IMG/VR virus record: IMGVR_UViG_3300037851_000408
Coordinates: 1 to 47,794 of that record
Source of the DNA: a virus
Taxonomy: Duplodnaviria > Caudoviricetes
DNA: 47,794 nt
Reading direction: 5' to 3' (one strand)
A model generated the notes under the pieces. It had not been told where the DNA came from. It saw only the letters and a program-made list of their open reading frames with translations, and searched no databases. Made by a program: the position numbers and the translations under genes. Position 1 is the first letter of the stretch; each line of letters opens with the position of its first letter. This document shows, piece by piece, positions 37,757 to 46,668 of the stretch.

Positions 37757-38038
37757 CTACATGAACCAGCCGACACGTTTGGACCAGCAAACGGCGGCCC
37801 GTCGCACACGATCAACTTCTTGGAGTGCGTTGTCGTCAACACGGCACTGATCGGGGGTACCTGACCAATGGAAAGACGCTCCGAATCGGTCGGAGCGTTC
37901 GCCATCGTACCAGTGAACAACGCCGTAGTCATCGAACCAGACGCCGACCAACCTGTACGTCAACCCGCTATCAACGGCGGTGATTGTGCCCCTGCTGGCC
38001 TCACAGCGGACGTTGGGCTTAATGTTGGCAGCCTTCAT
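37757..38038 (-). CDS. hypothetical protein
   Basis: AAGGGG RBS, MKAANIK start. Confidence 0.55.
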   Translation of the reverse strand: MKAANIKPNVRCEASRGTITAVDSGLTYRLVGVWFDDYGVVHWYDGERSDRFGASFHWSGTPDQCRVDDNALQEVDRVRRAAVCWSKRVGWFM

Positions 38039-38246
38039 CGTTCTCACCCCCTTCCGTGTCACCGGTGGCCGCCGGTGCGTTCTTTTGGGCATCCTTGAGT
38101 TCGGCTCGGCAGTCGTCGCATCGGTCGTCGGGTTCAGGCGGTTCCACGAACCGCTGTTTGCCGCAGCCCGGACATTCATAAGGCTGGCAGCAATCCCCTT
38201 CTGTATCGTCCCATCGTTGTTTGCAATGAGGGCATCGTCCCATCAT
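38019..38246 (-). CDS. Zn-finger protein
   Basis: Three CxxC pairs. Confidence 0.6.
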   Translation of the reverse strand: MMGRCPHCKQRWDDTEGDCCQPYECPGCGKQRFVEPPEPDDRCDDCRAELKDAQKNAPAATGDTEGGENDEGCQH

Positions 38247-38247
38247 T

Positions 38248-38694
38248 TTAGACCCCCCCTTTCTTGGTGGACGTGGCGATGTTCAAGAGTTCGAGCGCGG
38301 ACTGGAAACAATCGAACTGGTCAAGCTCGCCGGTCATGGCCTCGCGGACCCAGTCATCGCCACCGGCGAACACGCACAAACTTCGGACGGCCTCGCGGAG
38401 CCGGGCGAGTTGTTTGAGCATCGACTCACGTTCAACCAACAGGTCATCAATGCGCCCGTTGGCCAGCGCGATGTACTGCTCCATGTCCCGAATCCGTTGT
38501 TGCAACAACGGGTGATCGTTCACGCACCGAACGGCGTGCTCGATATTGGCGTCACGCTCGCAGGGTGTGGTATTTGGTTCATCGCGGTCGGCGAGCAAGA
38601 GCCGGGCAGACCTTGTGTCCCACACACAACCATAGGCCACCGTCCACGGGGTCAAGCTGTGTTTTTTGTCCTGATGCTGATTCCGGTCGTTCAT
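38248..38694 (-). CDS. phage hypothetical protein
   Basis: GAGG RBS; H.LTPW..ANIEHAVRCVN motif plus coiled coil. Confidence 0.7.
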   Translation of the reverse strand: MNDRNQHQDKKHSLTPWTVAYGCVWDTRSARLLLADRDEPNTTPCERDANIEHAVRCVNDHPLLQQRIRDMEQYIALANGRIDDLLVERESMLKQLARLREAVRSLCVFAGGDDWVREAMTGELDQFDCFQSALELLNIATSTKKGGV

Positions 38695-38768
38695 GTTGTT
38701 CCTCTCTGTTGTTGGTAAGTTTCAATCGACAACCGCAATCTAACGCAACAAAAGGGAGGATGCAAGAT

Positions 38769-39002
38769 TTATTTTTTTGTTTCCACAAAAGCCATTGGGG
38801 GGCGGCCAATCCGGTCGCGGCGGTTCCAGCGTTTCGAGCCGCGTTTCTTGGCCATCAACTGCCGGTTGTGTTCCAAACACCGGGCACCGTACCGGCTGGT
38901 GCCAATGGATTTTTCTTGGCCGCAACGGACGCACAGGCCCTTGGCCTGCATCTTGGCCTGCCATCGGCTGATTGCGGCTCGTTGGCTGGATGCTGTTTTC
39001 AT
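38769..39002 (-). CDS. small basic Zn-finger protein
   Basis: GLCVRCG...CLEH. Confidence 0.55.
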   Translation of the reverse strand: MKTASSQRAAISRWQAKMQAKGLCVRCGQEKSIGTSRYGARCLEHNRQLMAKKRGSKRWNRRDRIGRPPMAFVETKK

Positions 39003-39160
39003 TACGCAACAACCTGCGTCAGCATCGGGACGCGGTCAAGATGAAAAAAACTTTCATTTTTTTGTTGCGTTATCGTATCGGCGGCGTATGCTGTGGAAGT
39101 CGAACGGCGTTGTTCTGGTGAACAGCGCGACAAAACAAACTCAACCAAAAGAGGGATACA

Positions 39161-40204
39161 ATGAACCTCATGGAAGCATCAGTACAGTGGGCCAAACGGC
39201 CTACCGACCAGCGTTTCGAGACGCTGGAAACCCTACAAATGGCGGTGGACAACCGCCGCAACCAGAGCCGGGCATTTGACGTGCCCAGCAACACCATCCG
39301 CGTCAAGGCAGATGACGGTCGCCTTGTCGTCAACGGTGCCACGCTACCCGCGCTGCCGACTCACTGGGGCTTTGGCCAGTTGTGCCAACGCGCCAAGGCA
39401 CCGGCGTCGTACCTGCGGACGTTGCCGGTCGAACAGGCGGCAAGCTGCCTGAACATCAGCCTTGACCAGCGCGACAGCGAGCCGGTCAAGATTCTGACGA
39501 GGTGCGATGCTGACGCCCCGCAGATGGCCGCCGTCACCAGCCAACGGTACGGCAGGATTTGGGACGCTGACGTTGTGGCATCCACCAAGCGGCTTGTCGA
39601 GCGCACCGGTGGGCGGTTCTTCAACCCGAAGGAATGGGGCGGCAAACCGTCCGGCTTGTATGCCAGCGATCATGACGTGTTTATTTTCATGATCGACGGC
39701 GGAAGCATCGTGGACGGGGGCGGCCCCCGCGACCAACTGAACCGTGGTTTCATGGTCTGGAATAGCGAAGTCGGGGCCAGCACGTTCGGCCTGATGACGT
39801 TCCTGTTCCGTGTCGTCTGCGGCAATCACATCATTTGGGGGGCCGAAGATGTCAACCGGTTGCTGATTCGCCACACAAGCGGGGCACCGAGTCGGTTCGA
39901 TGCCGAGGCCATGCCTGCCCTGCTGGACTACGTGAACGCCAGCGCCAGCGTGGCGGAAACCACAATCCGCAAGGCAAAAGACATCCTGTTGCCGGACGAT
40001 GAAACCGACCTGTTCAACAGGTTCGGGACTTTTACACGTCCCGAATTGAGGATGGCGATGGATTACGCGAGGCGCGAAGAAGGCGACTGCCGGACGCTCT
40101 GGCAGTTGGTCAACGGTCTGACGGCCAGCGCACGGGATTTGGAATACATCGACGCCCGTGTGGATTTGGAGCGCCGAGCCGGACGGTTGTTGGAAACGGT
40201 CTAA
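39161..40204 (+). CDS. DUF932/DUF945-like phage-plasmid protein
   Basis: YGRIWD, NSEVG, RVVCGNHII, RHTS motifs. Confidence 0.75.
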   Translation: MNLMEASVQWAKRPTDQRFETLETLQMAVDNRRNQSRAFDVPSNTIRVKADDGRLVVNGATLPALPTHWGFGQLCQRAKAPASYLRTLPVEQAASCLNISLDQRDSEPVKILTRCDADAPQMAAVTSQRYGRIWDADVVASTKRLVERTGGRFFNPKEWGGKPSGLYASDHDVFIFMIDGGSIVDGGGPRDQLNRGFMVWNSEVGASTFGLMTFLFRVVCGNHIIWGAEDVNRLLIRHTSGAPSRFDAEAMPALLDYVNASASVAETTIRKAKDILLPDDETDLFNRFGTFTRPELRMAMDYARREEGDCRTLWQLVNGLTASARDLEYIDARVDLERRAGRLLETV

Positions 40205-40212
40205 ACCACAAA

Positions 40213-40241
40213 GAGGGCGGCCCCATAGCGAGGGCCGCCCT
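40213..40241. terminator. GC-rich hairpin
   Basis: GAGGGCGGCCC/GGGCCGCCCTC; A-rich flanks, no plus-strand U tract. Confidence 0.55.
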
Positions 40242-40263
40242 CGAACACAACAAGAAAAACACC

Positions 40264-40614
40264 ATGAACCAGACAGAAAACAAAAACAAGACGGTCAACT
40301 GTCCCGTGCCCGGCTGCGCCGCAACCGGTCTCACGTCGCAGGGGATTGCGGTTCACTGCTACCGCACGCACAAGCGGCGATTGTCCGATGCCGAATGGAA
40401 CCAGCTTGGGTTCGCGCCCCGTTACATGAGGGGCGGCGGTCAAGAACAATCCTCATCAACGGCGTCTCCAGCCCCATCAACGGCGTCTGGAGCGGATCAA
40501 ACGGAACGCCATAAACGGCGCTCCAAACAAACCACGCTGCCCACGGTCAGTTTTTGCCCGTGTTGCGGCACCAACCTCAAGGCGGTTGCTATCGCCTTGA
40601 CCATGAAAGGATAG
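40264..40614 (+). CDS. C2H2/CxxC Zn-finger protein
   Basis: CPVPGC...H...H and FCPCCG. Confidence 0.7.
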   Translation: MNQTENKNKTVNCPVPGCAATGLTSQGIAVHCYRTHKRRLSDAEWNQLGFAPRYMRGGGQEQSSSTASPAPSTASGADQTERHKRRSKQTTLPTVSFCPCCGTNLKAVAIALTMKG

Positions 40615-40620
40615 ACATAC

Positions 40621-40914
40621 ATGAACACCTCAACCAAAACCCAACCGCGTCGCGTGAGGTTTTTGTCGAACGACCACGACTTCCGTTGCGCGTATCTGGC
40701 GTCGCTTGGTTTTAGCCGCGCCTACATCGCGGAAAAGACCGGGCTGACGAAGTGCCAAGTCGGATACCGCAACAACAGGGCGGGGATTAAGCTGACCGAT
40801 TACCGCAATGGAACGAGCCGGGTTGCGCGGATTGTCATGAGCGAGGCGGATCAAAAGATCGCCTCTTACCTGCGTGAAAAGCTGGCCAGCACAGAGGAAA
40901 GGGGGGACAAATGA
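40621..40914 (+). CDS. HTH DNA-binding protein
   Basis: LGFSRAYIAEKTGLTKCQVGYR. Confidence 0.7.
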   Translation: MNTSTKTQPRRVRFLSNDHDFRCAYLASLGFSRAYIAEKTGLTKCQVGYRNNRAGIKLTDYRNGTSRVARIVMSEADQKIASYLREKLASTEERGDK

Positions 40915-41105
40915 GCGCACTGAACGAGTCAGAAGTACGGCGGTTGGCTCTCGACCACGCAAACCGAAGGATGGAAGCCCTCGGCTTGACGAGAAGGTTT
41001 GATCGTGTCAGCAGTCAATTCCTCGACGCCGTCCGCAACGATGTCGAGGCCGCCATCTATAAGCGGTCAACAGCCTATTGGCAGAAGGGAGTCACGTTGA
41101 AGTAA
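40911..41105 (+). CDS. short histone-fold-like protein
   Basis: helix-RVS-long helix-KGVTL pattern. Confidence 0.55.
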   Translation: MSALNESEVRRLALDHANRRMEALGLTRRFDRVSSQFLDAVRNDVEAAIYKRSTAYWQKGVTLK

Positions 41106-41380
41106 TGAAACAGTACCAAGATATTCAAACCGAGGTCTGCTCCGAATTGGGCAACCTGTTTGGAGTGAAGATAGATCAGGCCATTGAAATCGAGGCCGAG
41201 GCCGCTCGCATCTGCTCGATGTTGTCGCGGGACGGCCCTGTATTGCACGGCACGGCGATGGTGCAGTCGGTGGCCATGTTGGCCATCGCATTGAGCCATC
41301 TCCGGTTCAAGGGTTTCGACATCAGTGTTGTCGAAACGACCAAACAAAATGCAGCACCATTCGTCAACGGTAACAACTAA
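41105..41380 (+). CDS. hypothetical protein
   Basis: TAATG coupling to the upstream gene. Confidence 0.55.
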   Translation: MKQYQDIQTEVCSELGNLFGVKIDQAIEIEAEAARICSMLSRDGPVLHGTAMVQSVAMLAIALSHLRFKGFDISVVETTKQNAAPFVNGNN

Positions 41381-41402
41381 CAACCTGAAAGGAATCCGCA
41401 TC

Positions 41403-42482
41403 ATGAGTACCGAAATGCAAGTAAGCAACCAACAGTTGCAGGCTACGCCTATGACGCCAAAAGACGTGTTGGCGCAGGTCAAGCTGGTCCAAGACGTGCT
41501 CAACTCGGTGATGACCGAGGGTGAGCATTACGGGAAGATTCCCGGCACCAACAAACCGACGCTGCTCAAGAGCGGCGCGGAAAAGTTGTGCATGACGTTC
41601 CGCATGTCGCCGAGCTTCGACATCCGCAAGACCGAATTGCCGAACGCGCACCGCGAATATGAAGTGCTTTGCAGGCTGGCCAGCATCGGCAGCGGCATCG
41701 CGCTGGGCGAGGGTGTCGGGTGTTGCTCCACGATGGAGAGCAAGTACCGGTACAGGAACGTCGCCGACTTCGAGTTGACCGGCGACCCCATCCCCAAGGA
41801 TGCCAAGGAACGCAAGACCGAGTACCGCAAGCAAGGGTTTGGCATGAAGAAGGTGGACGGCGTGTGGGAATGGGTCAAATACAAAGACACGGAAAAGTCG
41901 GAGAACCCCGACATCGCAGACGTGTACAACACGGTGTTGAAGATGGCCAAGAAACGCGCCTTGGTTGACGCCGTGCTGACGGCGACGGCGGCATCGGACC
42001 TGTTCACGCAGGACATCGAGGATATACGTGGCGCAATGGCTGACGCCGAGCGCGAGGAACGTAGCGACCGCGAACAGGAACGGGCCAATGACAAACCCAC
42101 CCGCGAGGCTCCTGCGGCAAAGGCACCGGCCAAGAAGGGGATGTCGTACTACAACTACGACTCCAAAAACCCCTACGTGTTGCCCTCCGAGCTTCACGAG
42201 GATGTCGTGGCCATCATGGCAAACCCGTGGCCGAGGGCCAAGAACCACGGGGTCACGTGGGAAACGCAAGAGGACAAAAGCCTCATCTCCGTCTGGTCGC
42301 ACTGCCATGACGTAATCGAGGAACTCAAAGACAACCCCAATGCAGATTTGGAGGTGTTGGACGAGGCCATCGGGGTGTTGAAGGGCGTGTCGAGCGTTCT
42401 GGTGAACAATGGACACCAACCGCACGCCTTGTTTGCCAGCGACGACCAAAACAACCAAAGGGAGGATAACGTCCCAATGTAA
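41403..42482 (+). CDS. putative single-strand annealing protein
   Basis: HYGKIPG..KPTLLKSGAEKL, NTVLKMAKKRA..DA, FTQD.ED; near an exonuclease. Confidence 0.7.
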   Translation: MSTEMQVSNQQLQATPMTPKDVLAQVKLVQDVLNSVMTEGEHYGKIPGTNKPTLLKSGAEKLCMTFRMSPSFDIRKTELPNAHREYEVLCRLASIGSGIALGEGVGCCSTMESKYRYRNVADFELTGDPIPKDAKERKTEYRKQGFGMKKVDGVWEWVKYKDTEKSENPDIADVYNTVLKMAKKRALVDAVLTATAASDLFTQDIEDIRGAMADAEREERSDREQERANDKPTREAPAAKAPAKKGMSYYNYDSKNPYVLPSELHEDVVAIMANPWPRAKNHGVTWETQEDKSLISVWSHCHDVIEELKDNPNADLEVLDEAIGVLKGVSSVLVNNGHQPHALFASDDQNNQREDNVPM

Positions 42483-42618
42483 CCGATTGGCGCGGCATGG
42501 GCGTGGTGGCCGGGGATGTCCCGGCACGGGCCTCATTGCGCTGTTGCTCTGGTGAGTAACAAGCGTTTCTCTCTAGCCTAGTGAATCACCATGACGCGCC
42601 TTTCTTTCAGGAAAAAAC

Positions 42619-42900
42619 ATGAATATACAACTCACACCCAGTTATGTCTTAACGACCGATCACCCGTGCAGTTCTTACGACATCCCGGTGCTGGTCAATC
42701 GCTCGACCGGCGACGCCTTCGGCCCCGGCCACATGATGCAAGCCTATCCTTCGTGGCCGTGGCAACCGGCGGCGCATGTCGTGATACGGATGCTGCATGG
42801 CTCTACCGACAAAGAAGCGTTGAAGGCCGCATCGCTCTATCTGGCGCAATGGCCTGACGGCCCACAACTCTCATCAACCAAGGAAGGAACGACACCATGA
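42619..42900 (+). CDS. hypothetical protein
   Basis: AGGA RBS; LTTDHPCSSYDIPVLV. Confidence 0.65.
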   Translation: MNIQLTPSYVLTTDHPCSSYDIPVLVNRSTGDAFGPGHMMQAYPSWPWQPAAHVVIRMLHGSTDKEALKAASLYLAQWPDGPQLSSTKEGTTP

Positions 42901-43715
42901 GAACCCAAGCGAGAATCATCGACGCCGACCGTCTCCACTGGTACACCAGTGTCGGCGAGCCAATGTTTGAAGTGCCGAAAGCAGACGGCAAGGGCATGAC
43001 GCCCACCACGCTTCGGCACGCACGGAAATTGAACCTGTTGCCATCGAGCACCAACATCCTCAAGGTTGTGCCCAAACCACAACTTGAAGCCTACAAGATG
43101 GAACAAGTGGCTCTGGCACTTTTGACCACGCCGCGCAAGGATGGCGAAACCGACGACGACTTCGTTCACCGCGTGCTGGTGGAAGAAGAACAACAGCGCG
43201 AAGAATCCGGGGCGGCGGCGGAGTACGGGTCATTCGGGCACGACTGCGTCGCCCACTACTTCAATGAGGCCGTGTTGCCCACCGACGACCGCATCCGCGC
43301 CGACTTGGAAGCCATGACGCAATGGCTGGCCTACCAACAAATCGCCTGCCTGCGTGTCGAGCAATCGCTGGTGGGCAACGGGTACGCCGGTACATGCGAC
43401 TTCATCGGCATCGACAACAAGGAAGGGCGGACTGTCGTCATCGACTGGAAATGGACATCGAGCGTCCCAAAGAAAACGCCTTGGGATGCACATCAGGCGC
43501 AAGCCTGTTCCTACGCGATGGCCCTGCCCAACTTCGACGAGCAAACGCGGGTGGTGGTTGGATACTTCGACCGCAACGCGCCCGGCTCGTTCACGCCGCT
43601 GGAGTTGGCGCAGGACGACATCTTCTACGGCTCACGGTTGTTCCACGCCGCAATGGGGCTGTGGATTGCCATGAACGATTACGACCCACGGAGGCCCGAC
43701 CATGTCTGCCCGTAA
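42897..43715 (+). CDS. PD-(D/E)xK exonuclease
   Basis: VE....GYAGTCD...IDWK...Q..SY. Confidence 0.85.
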   Translation: MRTQARIIDADRLHWYTSVGEPMFEVPKADGKGMTPTTLRHARKLNLLPSSTNILKVVPKPQLEAYKMEQVALALLTTPRKDGETDDDFVHRVLVEEEQQREESGAAAEYGSFGHDCVAHYFNEAVLPTDDRIRADLEAMTQWLAYQQIACLRVEQSLVGNGYAGTCDFIGIDNKEGRTVVIDWKWTSSVPKKTPWDAHQAQACSYAMALPNFDEQTRVVVGYFDRNAPGSFTPLELAQDDIFYGSRLFHAAMGLWIAMNDYDPRRPDHVCP

Positions 43716-43998
43716 AACAGGTTGGTGCGACTGCGGACGACGCGGGACATCGTCTGGAGGTGGAGGCTACCGTTGCCGCGTCTGCCGCGACCGCGAGAGG
43801 TTCATTCACAACACCGGCAAAACCAAGAGAAAAATGGCGCGGAGGGAACAGGAATTGAAACAACGACGCCAAGAGAGCGGAATCATCGGTCGGTTCGGGG
43901 TGGCCTTCAAACAGTTCTTCGCCAAGCGCGGCATGGCGGGGATGCCCGGCGGCTTCAACTACGGACGATACCGCAACAAAAACGCAAAAGCTGCTTGA
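43702..43998 (+). CDS. basic hypothetical protein
   Basis: GGAGG RBS, CDCG..CRVC. Confidence 0.6.
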   Translation: MSARKTGWCDCGRRGTSSGGGGYRCRVCRDRERFIHNTGKTKRKMARREQELKQRRQESGIIGRFGVAFKQFFAKRGMAGMPGGFNYGRYRNKNAKAA

Positions 43999-44023
43999 CC
44001 CGAAAGGCGTCATGTGGCATACA
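43995..44023 (+). promoter_or_regulatory. putative sigma70 promoter upstream of the replication gene
   Basis: TTGACC-N17-CATACA. Confidence 0.45.
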
Positions 44024-44159
44024 AGCATCATGTATCCGATAATCAACAATCTTTTCTCGCCCCCCGGCCAACAGGCAACCTCGAAGGGCAGGCTTCCCCA
44101 CCTGCGCCATCGACGGATACATCGGGTACGGCGAGACTTTTTTTCGCTGGAGGATGTCC

Positions 44160-45170
44160 ATGTACGCAAAGGTGTATGAACAAATCTTTGATTCCTCAAT
44201 AGCCGAAAACTGGCAAACCCGTCATGTATTCATCGACCTCATCATGCTGGCCAACGCCCACGGGGAAGTGGACATGACCCACGAAGCCATCGCACGCAGA
44301 ACCAACGTCCCCTTGGAGATTGTCAAGGCGGCCATCACCGAACTGGAACAGCCAGACCCCAAGTCCCGCAACCCAGCCGAGGAGGGGCGCAGAATCATCA
44401 GGCTGGACGACCATCGTGATTGGGGTTGGAGAATCGTCAATCACGGGTACTACCGGTCACTGCGTTCCGACGACGACCGGAGAACCGCTGCAAGATTGCG
44501 ACAACAGGAGCATCGCAAATCGTTGAAGATGAATAAGAAACAAGAAAAATGTGTGACAAGTGTGACAGAGAGTGACGATGCGTTACTCTCTGCATCTGTA
44601 TCTGTATCTTCTTCTGTAAACCGGAAGAAGGGGAGTCCAGAGGGGAAGAAACCGCACAATCGGGACGGGGAAATTGATGCCATCTTGTCATCGGGATGGT
44701 TTCGGGACGATGACTTCAAATGTGCTTGGGCTGATTGGATTGACTACCGCAACGAAATCAAACACCCGCTCACGCCGGTCTCAATGCTCCAACAGTTGAA
44801 AACCTTTCAATGCTGGGATGACAAGATAAAAGCCATCCAGAGCATACGACAAAGCATCATAAACGGCTGGAGAGGGCTGTTTGAAGTTCGGCAGGGGTCT
44901 CTGCCCATCCAGCCCGTCAAACGGGCACCGGAGGGGCAAGGCGGCGCAAATACGGGGCACGCTGGGCTTCGTCAGGCGTGGCAAATCCAAAAAGACTTGG
45001 AAGCCATCAAAGGCATGATGGCCAAAATCAATTCCACCTGCCCATTCGGCACGTCTGCCGAGGCCGAAGAAGCCCGCAAACGATGGCGCGCTTCCGCGAA
45101 TGGGTTGGAGTACCAAAAACTCAAGAACCGCTGTCAGGCGCTTGAGCAGGAACTACGGGGGGCACTATGA
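44160..45170 (+). CDS. phage replication initiator/replisome organizer
   Basis: N-terminal winged-helix-like region (IARR, W.IVNH..YR), GTGACA and TCTGTA repeats at ~44550-44620, C-terminal W..W..YR...SI.NGW.GLF. Confidence 0.8.
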   Translation: MYAKVYEQIFDSSIAENWQTRHVFIDLIMLANAHGEVDMTHEAIARRTNVPLEIVKAAITELEQPDPKSRNPAEEGRRIIRLDDHRDWGWRIVNHGYYRSLRSDDDRRTAARLRQQEHRKSLKMNKKQEKCVTSVTESDDALLSASVSVSSSVNRKKGSPEGKKPHNRDGEIDAILSSGWFRDDDFKCAWADWIDYRNEIKHPLTPVSMLQQLKTFQCWDDKIKAIQSIRQSIINGWRGLFEVRQGSLPIQPVKRAPEGQGGANTGHAGLRQAWQIQKDLEAIKGMMAKINSTCPFGTSAEAEEARKRWRASANGLEYQKLKNRCQALEQELRGAL

Positions 45171-45469
45171 CGACGCTGCCCAACGACACCAAAACCTGTC
45201 CGGCCTGCCAAGCCAAGGATACCATGATTCGCCTGCTGCCGGAGAACCGGCGGGGCTTCTACTGGTGTGAAAAGTGCGCCACGTTCTTGATTCAAGGCAC
45301 GGACAACGACTTGCGTACAATCATGGAGTCGGACAACCATCTGCTTTCCACCCGGTCGCTGGGGATGGCGATGATGATGGTGGTGACCGTGGCTTCCAAA
45401 CAGGTCGGCAGACGCGAGAACAGCGGCAGGGATTTGCCAACAAAGAAAGGACAAAACCGTGAAAGATAG
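45167..45469 (+). CDS. Zn-ribbon hypothetical protein
   Basis: CPAC..CEKC, ATGA overlap. Confidence 0.6.
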   Translation: MTTLPNDTKTCPACQAKDTMIRLLPENRRGFYWCEKCATFLIQGTDNDLRTIMESDNHLLSTRSLGMAMMMVVTVASKQVGRRENSGRDLPTKKGQNRER

Positions 45470-45866
45470 AAATAGCAGAAACGACAAATACGCCCCGTGC
45501 GTGATTAAGGCCATCGAAACCAAGTATGGCACGATGCTCTCGATGGGCATCAAGGTGGATGAGTTTATCACCTTTTTGGAGTCCAACACTAGCGACAAGG
45601 GATGGGTCAACATCACCATCAAGGAACGGCGTGATCCGAGCGACGTGTCCACACACTACGCGGAGCTTTTCGTCCCGCAAAAACGTGACGGCCAACCGAG
45701 GGGTGGCCGCCCCAAAGAGGAGGATGATGGGCAAGAACAGGATGCTCGACGCCGATTTGAACGCAGCCGAACCGATAGAGACCGGGAACATGATCGTTGG
45801 CCCAAGCACCGCAGCGAGGGCCGCCCGTCACGCGACTCCGACGACGACGATAACATTCCGTACTAA
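45459..45866 (+). CDS. SSB-like protein
   Basis: Short beta-rich core (KGWVNITI), acidic tail DDDDNIPY. Confidence 0.6.
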   Translation: MKDRNSRNDKYAPCVIKAIETKYGTMLSMGIKVDEFITFLESNTSDKGWVNITIKERRDPSDVSTHYAELFVPQKRDGQPRGGRPKEEDDGQEQDARRRFERSRTDRDREHDRWPKHRSEGRPSRDSDDDDNIPY

Positions 45867-45889
45867 CGGAAACACAACAGGAGCAAATC

Positions 45890-46213
45890 ATGACACAGCA
45901 ACAGTTCCAACTCGACGACAAACGCCCACAACCGGACGAGCGCCGGTTGTCTCACAGTAATGACGTTGCACCCGCCAAACAAGCGGGTGCATCACAGAAG
46001 GCCACACGCACCAAGTTGCAGCAAGAGGTATTGACCATACTCAACAGGTTCGGCCCGTTGACCGATGATAAGTTGTCTGAATACTTCACGGAATACGACA
46101 AGGGCACGGTCAGAAAACGCCGCTCCGAGTTGTTCCAGATGGGACTGGTGCAGGAAGCCGGTGTTGGCGTCAGTGACAGGGGCAAACCGATGACAAAGTG
46201 GGAAGCTATATGA
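45890..46213 (+). CDS. winged-helix protein
   Basis: GPLTDDKL...TVRKRRSELFQMGLV. Confidence 0.75.
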   Translation: MTQQQFQLDDKRPQPDERRLSHSNDVAPAKQAGASQKATRTKLQQEVLTILNRFGPLTDDKLSEYFTEYDKGTVRKRRSELFQMGLVQEAGVGVSDRGKPMTKWEAI

Positions 46214-46668
46214 CCCATGAGCAATACAACCAACTGCTCCTCGGAGCCAGCAAGTCAACGCGGAACCTTAATCTTCCGGCTGACGGTGCCGGGGAGGATG
46301 CCAAGCTGGAACGCCATCCTGTCAATGCAACACTGGGCAAGGTACAAGTTCAAGAACGAACTAGCGCGCGTTTTCTTGTGCGCCTTACTTCTACACGCAA
46401 ACGGCTCATCGACGAGGACAACCTCTGCGAGAAGTACCATGTCGATCTATGCCGATACGCTGGCGTCTTACCTGACGACGACCCAAGCCAAACGCGCATC
46501 GAAGTCCGCCAAGTCAAGGCGGAAAAAGGCCAAGACGAAACGGTCGAGATAGAGGTGTTTGCGATGGAAACCAACCAACCAATTCCCCGCCCCTCCCCCA
46601 ACCCATCCGTCGATGGGAGCCGCGAGTCGGCTGGGGGCAGGGACACGAACGAGGTTGTCGAGTTATGA
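46210..46668 (+). CDS. rusA: RusA-like Holliday junction resolvase, catalytic (C-terminal) portion
   Basis: RKRLIDEDNL....VD...AGVLPDD. Confidence 0.75.
   Translation: MTHEQYNQLLLGASKSTRNLNLPADGAGEDAKLERHPVNATLGKVQVQERTSARFLVRLTSTRKRLIDEDNLCEKYHVDLCRYAGVLPDDDPSQTRIEVRQVKAEKGQDETVEIEVFAMETNQPIPRPSPNPSVDGSRESAGGRDTNEVVEL
46217..46552 (+). CDS. nested +1-frame ORF carrying the RusA N-terminal motif
   Basis: LTVPGRMPSWN.....HWARYKFK resembles the PxxPSxN...HWxxRxKxK start of phage RusA proteins. Confidence 0.6.
   Translation: MSNTTNCSSEPASQRGTLIFRLTVPGRMPSWNAILSMQHWARYKFKNELARVFLCALLLHANGSSTRTTSARSTMSIYADTLASYLTTTQAKRASKSAKSRRKKAKTKRSR
46620..46643. repeat. 24-bp direct repeat, copy 1 (copy 2 at 47353-47376)
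   Basis: CCGCGAGTCGGCTGGGGGCRGGGA. Confidence 0.9.
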
